The translations under genes and the position numbers were made by a program. From positions 1 through 44,044 of the IMG/VR virus record IMGVR_UViG_3300014158_000352: a stretch of 44,044 nt of DNA; one strand, 5' to 3'. The notes under the pieces are model-generated. The model saw only the letters and a list, made by a program, of their open reading frames with translations, searched no databases and was not told the origin of the DNA. Source of the stretch: a virus (lineage: Duplodnaviria; Caudoviricetes). Shown here one piece after another: positions 1 through 7,865 of this stretch; position 1 is the stretch's first letter; every line of letters starts with the position of its first letter.

Positions 1-1119
1 TCAGGGCTTGGGTGTTTTCGGGGTCCGTGCGATCGTTGTGCGATTCCTGCCCAGTTTGGCGGCGAGTTGGCGGTCACGCTCGATCGCGGCGTGCTGGTAG
101 CGCAGGGCGGCGGCTGGGGTCGAGTGTCCCCCTCGGTACATGAGCTCGGCCAGCGTGGCGCCGGCCTGCCCGAACCAGGTGAGCCCGGAGTGACGTAGGT
201 CGTGGAGCCGGATCGACTCGCTGAGCCCGGTCTTTCGGACCGCCCGGCGCAGAGACGTGTGGAGCACCTGGGGGAGCAGCGCCCCTCCCTGAGCCCCGCG
301 GAACACCAGGTCACCGCCGGAAGCCCCTGAGCCCGCCGTTTTCCGCTGTTTCAGGGCTTCGAGGGCGATCTGGGGCATGGCTACCGTCCGACGCCCAGCG
401 GCGCTTTTTGGAGCCTTTTCCAGGACGTGGCCAGCCATGGTGGGCGTTCTGGTGTGCTGGATGGTGAGGGTCCCAGTCCGCAGGTTCACGTCCTGCCATT
501 GCAGACCCAGGAGCTCGGCCCGCCGGAGTTGGCACCAGGCGGCCAGGATCACCACGGCCCGGAGGTGAGCGGGCATCGCGTCGGCGATCTTTTGCGCCTC
601 GGCCTCGGTGACGATCACCCATTCCCGGGCTGGCTCGGTGCCTGCTCCCCGGATCGTGCAGGGAGAGCGGGTGAGCACCTCGTCTCCCACGGCCGTCTTG
701 AGGATCGAGGACAGTAGGCGGTACGCCTTGGCCGCCGTCGACGGATGTTTGCTGGCTAAATCCGAGTACCAAGCTCGCACCTGCGAGGGTTTGAGGTCCG
801 AAAGCCTGGTGTCCCCAAGAACATCGTCGACGTGGTGCTCGAGCAGATGCCCGTAGAGCTCCCGGGTGCGCGCCTCGAGGCCTGTTTTGGTGGCGAGCCA
901 CTGCCCGGCGTAGTCCTTGAGCGTGATCTGAGCCTGTCTCGGATCCACCCACTGGCCCCGGAGCAGGTCCGCCTCGATCCCGGTCAGCCAATCGCCGGCG
1001 GCGAGGCGCGTCGGGAAGGTGCGTTTGGCCAGGATGCGATCGTTCCCCTGGACGTAGGAAGCCTGGTATCGGCCGGACGGGAGCTTGCGGACGTGTCCGA
1101 AGCTGCGCCGGCGCTTCAC
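1..1119 (-). CDS. int: Tyrosine recombinase / phage integrase
   Basis: N-terminal RRSFGHVRKLPSGRYQASY arm; catalytic set LRRAEL, PKS, HDLRH, GGH, LRY; GTG at 1119 overlaps the upstream stop (GTGA). Confidence 0.95.
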   Translation of the reverse strand: MKRRRSFGHVRKLPSGRYQASYVQGNDRILAKRTFPTRLAAGDWLTGIEADLLRGQWVDPRQAQITLKDYAGQWLATKTGLEARTRELYGHLLEHHVDDVLGDTRLSDLKPSQVRAWYSDLASKHPSTAAKAYRLLSSILKTAVGDEVLTRSPCTIRGAGTEPAREWVIVTEAEAQKIADAMPAHLRAVVILAAWCQLRRAELLGLQWQDVNLRTGTLTIQHTRTPTMAGHVLEKAPKSAAGRRTVAMPQIALEALKQRKTAGSGASGGDLVFRGAQGGALLPQVLHTSLRRAVRKTGLSESIRLHDLRHSGLTWFGQAGATLAELMYRGGHSTPAAALRYQHAAIERDRQLAAKLGRNRTTIARTPKTPKP

Positions 1120-1361
1120 TGATGAATCGACTCTCCGGTGCGCCGGCGTTCTCGTTGCAGACTGCGGCGCAGGCGCCATTCGGCCTTGTCGACCCCGTGG
1201 ATCCTGAGATCGCCGTACTTCTTCGAGTATCGGAACGGCCGGGACCATCTCGAGTAGTAGAAGCGCCGGTCGACCAGTCTGGCCATCCGGTCGCCCGGTT
1301 GCACCAGCACACAGACCATCGCGAGGCCGACGATGGCGATGATCATTTCATTTTCAGACAT
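1116..1361 (-). CDS. Small membrane-anchored basic protein
   Basis: GGAGGAGG SD 5 nt before ATG 1361; N-terminal hydrophobic IIAIVGLAMVCVLV; stop coupled to integrase start. Confidence 0.7.
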   Translation of the reverse strand: MSENEMIIAIVGLAMVCVLVQPGDRMARLVDRRFYYSRWSRPFRYSKKYGDLRIHGVDKAEWRLRRSLQRERRRTGESIHQ

Positions 1362-1405
1362 GTTCACCTCCTCCCCTTGCGAGCGTCGGGATCACCTGCT
1401 AGACC

Positions 1406-1421
1406 ACGAACGTGTGTTCGT
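1406..1421. promoter_or_regulatory. LexA (SOS/Cheo) box
   Basis: ACGAAC-GTGT-GTTCGT, a perfect CGAAC-N4-GTTCG palindrome in an intergenic gap. Confidence 0.75.
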
Positions 1422-1436
1422 AAAGGAGAAAGGCAC

Positions 1437-1652
1437 GTGACCGATGGCACGGAGGTAAAGCAGGCGTTTGATCGGTGGTTCACCTTGGCTTCAGAGCTTC
1501 GTCGGTCCAACGGTCGATCGCCGTCTTCAGGTCTTCCGCCATCTTGCGAAGGTCCTTCTCTCGCTGCTCGAGCTCCTCTGGCACCGGAGGCAGCCCCTGG
1601 GCCATTCGGTCGAAAGCGTCGGGCGGCCACTGCAAGGAAAGGCCGTACTTAG
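1437..1652 (+). CDS. Candidate 71-aa ORF antisense to the repressor 3' end (possible SOS-induced antirepressor)
   Basis: AAAGGAGAAAGG directly after the LexA box, then GTG 1437; overlaps the repressor on the opposite strand from 1480. Confidence 0.3.
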   Translation: MTDGTEVKQAFDRWFTLASELRRSNGRSPSSGLPPSCEGPSLAARAPLAPEAAPGPFGRKRRAATARKGRT

Positions 1653-1854
1653 TCCGGGTCGTTCCCCGGGCTGGCCACCGGCCCTCGTTCTCGAACGCCG
1701 CGACCACGGTGCGCTCAGGTCCCCCGCGTTCTTTCAAGTTCTGAGCCGCTAGACCCAGCTCCTCTCGGCGACGACGGGCCCAGTTTTGAGCCTGGCGGGT
1801 GAACTCCTCGCTCGGCTCCTCGAACCGGGGCCGCTCGGGACACATGAGCAACAT
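1480..1854 (-). CDS. XRE-like HTH immunity repressor (no peptidase domain)
   Basis: GGAGG SD before ATG 1854; RRRREELGL..GGPERTVVAAFENEG..LQW pattern resembling actinophage repressors; divergent from the Xis-like gene. Confidence 0.7.
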   Translation of the reverse strand: MLLMCPERPRFEEPSEEFTRQAQNWARRRREELGLAAQNLKERGGPERTVVAAFENEGRWPARGTTRTKYGLSLQWPPDAFDRMAQGLPPVPEELEQREKDLRKMAEDLKTAIDRWTDEALKPR

Positions 1855-1952
1855 TGTGACCTCCGACACTTCTGGATCGCAACAGATGGTAAGGGATTGT
1901 TGCAGATAACCGCTGATAAATGCAAGTGGTAGCGGAAACAGCGGATTACACC

Positions 1953-1981
1953 TTGACTTTCGGTTTTCCACCGTTTACGTT
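1953..1981 (+). promoter_or_regulatory. Sigma-70-type rightward promoter producing a leaderless mRNA
   Basis: TTGACT (1953-1958), 17-nt spacer, TACGTT (1976-1981); ATG begins at 1988 with no SD. Confidence 0.7.
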
Positions 1982-1987
1982 GGGGAT

Positions 1988-2182
1988 ATGCACCAATCTC
2001 TCTCCCTCGGGACCGAAGAGGTGGCCGCTCAGCTGGGTGTCTCCACCGAGACCGTGTACGAGCTGGTCAGGAACGGGTCGATCCCGGCGTTTCGAGTCAG
2101 CAAGTTCTTCCGATTCCGCCAGTCGGACATCGATGAGTACCTGAGCAAGGTCCAAACACCTCAGAGCAGGTCATCGCTGTGA
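1988..2182 (+). CDS. Excisionase/Cro-like HTH_17 DNA-binding protein
   Basis: TEEVAAQLGVSTETVYELVRNGSIPAFRV..FRFRQSDIDEYL. Confidence 0.88.
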   Translation: MHQSLSLGTEEVAAQLGVSTETVYELVRNGSIPAFRVSKFFRFRQSDIDEYLSKVQTPQSRSSL

Positions 2183-3042
2183 ACTGGCAATACCCGGTCG
2201 CCGCGCCCATCTTCACGGGCCTGGTCGCCCAAATGGTGCGCGAGGACGCCGAGGCCGAGGGCGGTCGCCCCAAGGCGTTCGACACCTTGCTGCGGTTCTC
2301 CGACGCCGGTGCGTGCGCTCGCAAGATGGCCTTTAACGCGATGGGCATCGCCGAGTCCGATCCGATGGACGCCGGCGGTCACTGGGTGACCTTCCTGGGC
2401 AAGCTGGTCCACGAGCGCCTCCAGCAGGCGGTCGAGGTGCGGTTCCCCGGCGCCAACTTTGAGACCCCGGCATCGCTGGTCGGCTTCGGGCTCGATTCGT
2501 CGGGCCATTCCGACGTCGACGTCGATGGTGAGATCGTCGACGCGTACCTGAAAGCCACCGCGTTCGGTGAGTGGGACGGCGGCCGGGTGCTCTACGAGCT
2601 CAAGACCATCGGCGGCTACGGATTCAACAAGGCCATCGGGCTCGACAAGCGCAAGCGTCAACTCAACACGCCCGGGGGCCCCCGTCACACGGCCGTGCTC
2701 CAGGGTGGGCTCAACGCGCTGGCCAATGACTGCGAGACCGTGATCATCGGCTATCTGGCCATGGAATCGGTCAGCATCCAGCTCGCCCAGGACGCCGGCA
2801 TGCGGCCGATGGACCGTTTCTGCGTCGAGTGGCACATTCCCCGTGACGTTTGGGAGCCGATGGCCCGGGCCGAGATGGACCGGCAGAACGCGCTATTCGA
2901 GTACGTCACCGAGGGGCTGCTTCCCCCGGGCGAGGCGGTTGGGGATGACGGCGAACTGATCTCGCTCAACCCGCACGACAAGAAGATCCAGTGGCAATGC
3001 GTCTACTGTTCGCATCGGCACAACTGCGAGGGATCGTGGTAG
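2179..3042 (+). CDS. Cas4-like PD-(D/E)XK exonuclease
   Basis: FSDAGACARK, GKLVHERLQ, GHSD, YELKT and C-terminal CVYCSHRHNC (split four-Cys Fe-S arrangement). Confidence 0.8.
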   Translation: MNWQYPVAAPIFTGLVAQMVREDAEAEGGRPKAFDTLLRFSDAGACARKMAFNAMGIAESDPMDAGGHWVTFLGKLVHERLQQAVEVRFPGANFETPASLVGFGLDSSGHSDVDVDGEIVDAYLKATAFGEWDGGRVLYELKTIGGYGFNKAIGLDKRKRQLNTPGGPRHTAVLQGGLNALANDCETVIIGYLAMESVSIQLAQDAGMRPMDRFCVEWHIPRDVWEPMARAEMDRQNALFEYVTEGLLPPGEAVGDDGELISLNPHDKKIQWQCVYCSHRHNCEGSW

Positions 3043-3815
3043 CCGAACCAACGCTCGCCGCGGTCCCGGACGCTCTCGACTGGGACGTGCCGATCCACGT
3101 GGCCATGCAGCGGATCTTTGCTGACATCGAACCCATCGCTAAGACCGAGCAGAACGAGCAGCAGAAGTACAGCTTCCGCGGGGTCGACACCGTGATGAAC
3201 GCCCTGCACGAAATCTTCAATCGGCACCACGTGATCCCGCTGCCGCGCTACACGATGCTCGGATCCGAGCAACGGCCGACCAGGAGCGGTGGCGAGCTGC
3301 GCTTCGTGACCCTGCGTGTCCGCATCAAGTGTGTCGGGCCCCAGGGCGACTCGTTGACCCTCCAGACCATCGGCGAGGCGGCCGACACCTCGGACAAGGC
3401 GTGCAACCAGGCTATGCAGGCCGGGCTCAAGTACGCCCTGTTCCACACCTTCCTGATTCCGACCGGCGAAAAAGACGCCGATGCTACGACGCACGAGCTC
3501 GGGGGAGCGATCCAGCGCGAGAATCAGGGCCAGCCCGGTCGGTCGGCTCGCCCATCGGGTCGACCGACCGGGCCCTCTCCTGTCCAACCGGCACCCGGGG
3601 CCAAGAAGGGCGACCGGGGAATGATCACGGTCAAGCAGGGCAACGCCCTGTTCGCGATTAGCCGGCGCCTCGACTTCGAGCTTGCTGATTTCCTCCAGCT
3701 CATGTTCGAGCGCGACGAGGACCATCTGACCTTGGAAGAGGCCAAGCAGCTGATCGACGACCTCAACTCCCAAGCGATCGACCCCGTGCAGTTGCTTGAG
3801 GCGGCGGCTCAGTGA
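3036..3815 (+). CDS. ERF-family single-strand annealing protein
   Basis: IAKTEQNEQQKYSFRGVDTVMNAL..GEAADTSDKACNQAMQAGLKYALF..IPTGEKDAD; adjacent to the exonuclease. Confidence 0.88.
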   Translation: MVAEPTLAAVPDALDWDVPIHVAMQRIFADIEPIAKTEQNEQQKYSFRGVDTVMNALHEIFNRHHVIPLPRYTMLGSEQRPTRSGGELRFVTLRVRIKCVGPQGDSLTLQTIGEAADTSDKACNQAMQAGLKYALFHTFLIPTGEKDADATTHELGGAIQRENQGQPGRSARPSGRPTGPSPVQPAPGAKKGDRGMITVKQGNALFAISRRLDFELADFLQLMFERDEDHLTLEEAKQLIDDLNSQAIDPVQLLEAAAQ

Positions 3816-4195
3816 AGCGCACCGGGTTCAAGCCCAAGACCGAGCCGACCGAATACGACCTCGAGCTCGACCGGATCACGCCCTGGCTTGAGCAGCGATC
3901 GCACAACGAGTGCGAGATCGGCATCCCGGGGGTCTGCACGGGGTTCGCCGAGCACCGGCACCACCGCAAGCGCCGCGGCCAGGGTGGCTCGAACCGCCTC
4001 GTCAACCTTCTCCACTCATGTGGCGCGTGCCACAGGTTCGTCCACCGCAACCCGAAGTGGGCTCTCGAGCGCCGCTACCTGCTCAACAGCTGGGACGACG
4101 AGGCGCTGCCGGTCATGCACAACCCGCCGCCGCTCGAGTCTGCTGACGTGCTCGAGCACCAGGACACCCACGCGGAAGCGCACGGCGACCGATGA
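3812..4195 (+). CDS. HNH endonuclease
   Basis: CEI..C..HRHHRKRRGQGGSN..NLLHSCGACHRFVH. Confidence 0.88.
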   Translation: MKRTGFKPKTEPTEYDLELDRITPWLEQRSHNECEIGIPGVCTGFAEHRHHRKRRGQGGSNRLVNLLHSCGACHRFVHRNPKWALERRYLLNSWDDEALPVMHNPPPLESADVLEHQDTHAEAHGDR

Positions 4196-4578
4196 GTCTG
4201 CGCGTGGTGAGAGACCGCGACCTGGGATTCGAGCACGCGGCGGCCATCGTCCGGGAGGCCCAGCCGCCGACCCTGTTCGATCGAACATGGCTCAGCAGTC
4301 AACCCACTATCGCCGAGATGTTTGCCGAGTTCCACCGGATCAACCCCCACGTCTACGACGCGCTCGTGAAGTTGGCCCGGCAGTCGTTGGTCCGGGGCAA
4401 GCGCACGGGGATCGGCGCTCTGTTTGAGGTGCTTCGGTGGCAGTGGGTGATCGAGACGGGGAGCGTCGACGAGTTTCGGCTGAACAACAACATGCGCAGC
4501 CGGTACGCGCGCCTGATCATGGCGCAGGAACCGGACCTTGAGGGGTTCTTTGACATTCGGGAACTGAGGGCGCCGTGA
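4192..4578 (+). CDS. Conserved phage hypothetical protein
   Basis: FAEFHRINPHVY..LFEVLRW..FRLNNNMRSRYARLIM motif; ATGA coupling. Confidence 0.8.
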   Translation: MSLRVVRDRDLGFEHAAAIVREAQPPTLFDRTWLSSQPTIAEMFAEFHRINPHVYDALVKLARQSLVRGKRTGIGALFEVLRWQWVIETGSVDEFRLNNNMRSRYARLIMAQEPDLEGFFDIRELRAP

Positions 4579-4769
4579 GGGCCCTGGCGCTGCTCGCCAA
4601 GCCCCCGCGCTGGCGCCATTTCGTTCCCGCCGCGCCGAGCGGCCACATCTTCGGCTGGTGGACCTATGAGTGCGCGGTCCATGGGTCGATCCGTCATCGC
4701 TCGACCGAGGCATTGACCGTCGCGGCACAGCACCGCGCATGCAGCCCGGAGGCGGCCGTCACGAACTAA
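4575..4769 (+). CDS. Hypothetical protein
   Basis: GTGA coupling to the upstream gene; 64 aa. Confidence 0.55.
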   Translation: MRALALLAKPPRWRHFVPAAPSGHIFGWWTYECAVHGSIRHRSTEALTVAAQHRACSPEAAVTN

Positions 4770-4908
4770 TCCACGGGCCTACATATCACCGCGCGCAACC
4801 TGGATGCCACGAGCATCAACGCCCCGGCAGTTCACCGGGAGGCGAGCAGGCGAGCGCATCAGCGGCGAAGCCCCACCACCTACCGCATTTCTCGGAAAGG
4901 AGTGGCAA

Positions 4909-5514
4909 ATGCGCCGCTTATTAGATTTATCAAGGAGCGTTGCAGCATGGGTAGTCATGAGTTGGACACGAGCGGCCGGCACGGCGGTATGCGTGTTGTT
5001 GCTGGTGACGCTGGGGATACTGCCGGGTCCAAACTTGAGCCCTGCGCCCGTTGTCTTGCGATTGCCCAGAAGCGCATCAGTTCGGACATCTGGGTCTACC
5101 GCCATCGCCCTGGCGGCTGCCCCCTCAACGACGACGGTTCCTTACGCCCCACCGACGACGACCACAACCGCACCGGCCCCAGTCGCCACCCCGCCGGTCT
5201 CCGTGCCGACAACGATCCCGACGGAGGGATCTGTCAGTGGTGACCCTTACCCGGGGGCCTTCGCGGCGCTCTCGCCCTCCGACCAGGCTGCCTTTGCCTG
5301 CATCCGACAGGCCGAGTCCGGTGACACCTACACCGACGACACCGGCAACGGGTACTACGGCGCGTACCAGTTCATGGAGGGGACGTGGCTGGGCATCGGC
5401 GAGTCGGGCTATCCGAACGGCGCTGCGCCGGTGGTGCAAGACGACGGAGCCGCGGCACTCATGGAGCGGTCGGGATGGGGACAATGGTCGACGGCCACCG
5501 GGTGCGGCCGGTGA
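4909..5514 (+). CDS. Secreted/membrane-anchored Rpf-like lytic transglycosylase
   Basis: AAGGAG SD; hydrophobic N-terminus, T/P-rich linker, then CIRQAESGD..TGNGYYGAYQF..TW..GWGQW..C. Confidence 0.85.
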   Translation: MRRLLDLSRSVAAWVVMSWTRAAGTAVCVLLLVTLGILPGPNLSPAPVVLRLPRSASVRTSGSTAIALAAAPSTTTVPYAPPTTTTTAPAPVATPPVSVPTTIPTEGSVSGDPYPGAFAALSPSDQAAFACIRQAESGDTYTDDTGNGYYGAYQFMEGTWLGIGESGYPNGAAPVVQDDGAAALMERSGWGQWSTATGCGR

Positions 5515-5843
5515 CTCGTTCCCGAGGTGCCTTCCTTGAGCCCCACCTACGCGGGCTCGTGACGCGCGCCCTGCGACCCAGCGAAGTCATCGGTGCGTGC
5601 TGCTATCACGTCGGCTGCACCCGCGAGAGCTTCGGGGTCCCGGGCGGCGAAGGCGTGCGAGCCCGTCGCCTCGCCGTTCTGGTGCTCAGAGGCGAGGGGT
5701 TCAGCTTCCCCGAGGTCGGGCGGATGCTGGGCTACGCGGATCACACGGGGGCCAAGGCGATGGAGGACACCGCGACGGCCGTTGACTGGGGCGAGGCCCG
5801 ATCCATCGCATGGAAGCTCGTCGCGCGGTTGGTGGCGGCATGA
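5511..5843 (+). CDS. DnaA C-terminal (domain IV)-like HTH protein
   Basis: RARRLAVLVLR..GFSFPEVGRMLGYADHTG resembles the DnaA S.P.IG..FG.RDHTT signature; GTGA coupling. Confidence 0.6.
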   Translation: MTRSRGAFLEPHLRGLVTRALRPSEVIGACCYHVGCTRESFGVPGGEGVRARRLAVLVLRGEGFSFPEVGRMLGYADHTGAKAMEDTATAVDWGEARSIAWKLVARLVAA

Positions 5844-6436
5844 GCGAATCAAGTTCTCCTGTATTTCGCAACCTCTCGGGTCCTTACGGGACCATCGTCG
5901 CTGACCCGCCGTGGATGTATCAGAAGGACCCAGGAGGCAAGAGTCAGGCCAGTGGTCCTCGGAGGCAGGCCGAGGCGATCTATTCGACCCTGACTAACGA
6001 GGAGATCCTGGCGCTCCCCGTGCGGGACCTCGCGGGCGAGAGTGCCCACCTCTACCTGTGGTTCACCAACCCCGGCATGTTTGGCGGCCGGTTCTCGGAC
6101 GTGACCCCGAAAGCCATCGCAGAGGCGTGGGGGTTCGAGTTCAAGACCGTGCTGACTTGGGTGAAGCCTGGCGGCGGCGGGATGGGCTGGTTCTTTCGAG
6201 GCCAGACCGAGCACGTCCTGTTCGCCACCCGCGGCGGGAAGTACGCAGCGATCCCCGCTGAGAAGCGGGAGCCGAACGTCATCGACAGCCGCAAGACCGG
6301 ACACTCGCAGAAGCCCCCCGCGTTCTTCGATCTCGTGGAGCGAGTGTCGCCTGGGCCATACGTCGAACTGTTTGCCCGTCAACCCCGACTGGGGTGGGAT
6401 TCCTGGGGCTACGGCCACGAGGCGGTGGCCGTCTGA
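5840..6436 (+). CDS. MT-A70 family adenine methyltransferase
   Basis: TIVADPPW, HLYLW, AWGFEFKTVLTWVK, GMGWFFRGQTEHVLFA, HSQKP, ELFAR. Confidence 0.93.
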   Translation: MSESSSPVFRNLSGPYGTIVADPPWMYQKDPGGKSQASGPRRQAEAIYSTLTNEEILALPVRDLAGESAHLYLWFTNPGMFGGRFSDVTPKAIAEAWGFEFKTVLTWVKPGGGGMGWFFRGQTEHVLFATRGGKYAAIPAEKREPNVIDSRKTGHSQKPPAFFDLVERVSPGPYVELFARQPRLGWDSWGYGHEAVAV

Positions 6437-6672
6437 TGGTTTCTTTCACTACCCGCGATGTCCATGAGCCGCTCGGCTATTTCGTCGCGCTGCGCGAACA
6501 CGGAAGATGGACTGACTTCTGGGACGGTGAAGTCCACACAACCATCGATGCTGCAAAGGCATCGGCTGATGTCGCATCGGAGCGTGACGGAGAGTTGCAG
6601 GGCTGGGAGGTTGTCGTATGCCGCCTAGTGCCCGTTGAGGACATCCGTAACCCCGGAAACGGTGACCGGTGA
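6436..6672 (+). CDS. Hypothetical protein
   Basis: TGATG coupling. Confidence 0.6.
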   Translation: MVSFTTRDVHEPLGYFVALREHGRWTDFWDGEVHTTIDAAKASADVASERDGELQGWEVVVCRLVPVEDIRNPGNGDR

Positions 6673-6998
6673 GTGCAGGGAGGCGACACATGCCTCCTGA
6701 CCAGGTAGACTCTCCTGCGGGAGAGGCGTATGGGGCCTCTCCCGTTTCGCGTCTCTGGGAATACTTCATCCAGTACGAGGTCTTCGAGCGATCCGGCCTG
6801 GACGATGGCAGCGGATGGTTTGAGACGCTGACGGATTGGGTCACCGTAGAGGCGCCATCGTGGAGTGAAGCTCGGCGTCTCGGTCGTGCGAAGGTTGAGG
6901 TCGAGTTTCCCAAAGGCGGCGTCTACGAGAACCGCCGCGACGGTCTGCATCCCTACCACGGCGAGCACGTTCGCCGGCTGCTGGTGAGCGATGCCTGA
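6669..6998 (+). CDS. Hypothetical protein
   Basis: GTGA coupling (alternative ATG 6690 with GGAGG SD). Confidence 0.6.
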   Translation: MSAGRRHMPPDQVDSPAGEAYGASPVSRLWEYFIQYEVFERSGLDDGSGWFETLTDWVTVEAPSWSEARRLGRAKVEVEFPKGGVYENRRDGLHPYHGEHVRRLLVSDA

Positions 6999-7503
6999 CG
7001 AACGGTCTTCGTCCACTATTTCGCCACTCAGTGATGAGGATATTGAGGCGCTGCGGCAGGACCGAGGGACGGCCTACGCGATCCGCAATGACCGCCTGCT
7101 CGCCACCTTAGACGCCAAGGACCGGGAGTGGAACGCCCACGAGGCGAGCTGCATGAAGGCGGTCATGGACGAGTGCGACGAAGTGAAGAGGCAGCGCGAC
7201 GCCCTGGTGGCCTACGGGGAGGAAGGGTGGTCGTGGGTGGAGGACATCCTGAACGCGCTTCACCCTGACGCCACAGTGTTCGACTTCAAGGAACGCATCG
7301 ACGCCCTGGTGGCCGACCGGGACCGGCTGCTAGTAGCCGCTGGGATCGCCATAGAGGCGTTCACTCAGGTTGAGGATGATGTTCGCTACGACCCCGTGTT
7401 CTGGGCTGCGATGACACCCTTGCGAGAGGCCCGCGCCGACATCACGGCGAAATCCATTGCCCGGACCGCACTAAATCCACAGATGAAAACCGAGGAGCAG
7501 TGA
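6991..7503 (+). CDS. Hypothetical coiled-coil protein
   Basis: Overlapping start; helical, charged composition typical of phage early genes. Confidence 0.65.
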   Translation: MPDERSSSTISPLSDEDIEALRQDRGTAYAIRNDRLLATLDAKDREWNAHEASCMKAVMDECDEVKRQRDALVAYGEEGWSWVEDILNALHPDATVFDFKERIDALVADRDRLLVAAGIAIEAFTQVEDDVRYDPVFWAAMTPLREARADITAKSIARTALNPQMKTEEQ

Positions 7504-7628
7504 TGGCCGACACCTGGGACGACCTCATTGACGAATGGAACCAGAAGGAGTTCTTCGACTGGATCGAGGAGCAGTTCGACTGGATCGAGGAGCAGGTAGT
7601 TCCTCTCAATGAAACAGGGATGACGTGA
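7503..7628 (+). CDS. Small acidic Trp-rich peptide (41 aa)
   Basis: Read by hand: GAGGAG SD, TGATG start, MADTWDDLIDEWNQKEFFDWIEEQFDWIEEQVVPLNETGMT, GTGA coupling to the next gene. Confidence 0.6.
   Translation: MADTWDDLIDEWNQKEFFDWIEEQFDWIEEQVVPLNETGMT
7554..7595 (+). repeat. Perfect 21-bp tandem duplication
   Basis: TTCGACTGGATCGAGGAGCAG x2, encoding FDWIEEQ twice. Confidence 0.95.
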
Positions 7629-7825
7629 CCACCCGCGTCGTTCGCAAGGAAATCGTCTGTGACGGATGTCAAGCCCGCATCGAGTTTGAGAGGGCTTCGG
7701 AGGTCCAGGGGTGGCTCGTGTTGGCCATCGGTTACTTCGGAGATCAGATCAGCCCTAACCGACACTTCTGCCGAGTCATGTGCCTGACTCAGTACGTTTT
7801 GACGCAACTGAGGCAGGCGTCGTGA
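7625..7825 (+). CDS. Small Cys-containing hypothetical protein
   Basis: CDGC..HFCRVMC; GTGA coupling. Confidence 0.65.
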   Translation: MTTRVVRKEIVCDGCQARIEFERASEVQGWLVLAIGYFGDQISPNRHFCRVMCLTQYVLTQLRQAS

Positions 7826-7865
7826 AGCGAATTACAAACCAAATAACCAGCTAGGAGCATTGAAA

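Noticed and set aside
1120-1248. 415-aa integrase start given by the ORF track
   Set aside because: The extension overlaps the upstream gene; the GTGA-coupled start at 1119 fits the family N-terminus
2179-3042. Cas4-like gene as evidence of a CRISPR-Cas system
   Set aside because: No repeat-spacer array or other cas genes; it pairs with ERF as an ordinary phage recombination module
4275-4286. Palindrome GTTCGATCGAAC as a second SOS box
   Set aside because: Half-sites are inverted relative to GAAC-N4-GTTC and it lies within a CDS
4771-4782. 12-mer CCACGGGCCTAC also found at 12613-12624; superficially like part of a c-di-GMP-I riboswitch
   Set aside because: Lacks the partner arm of the 12568-12621 hairpin and the other riboswitch elements; probably chance in high-GC DNA
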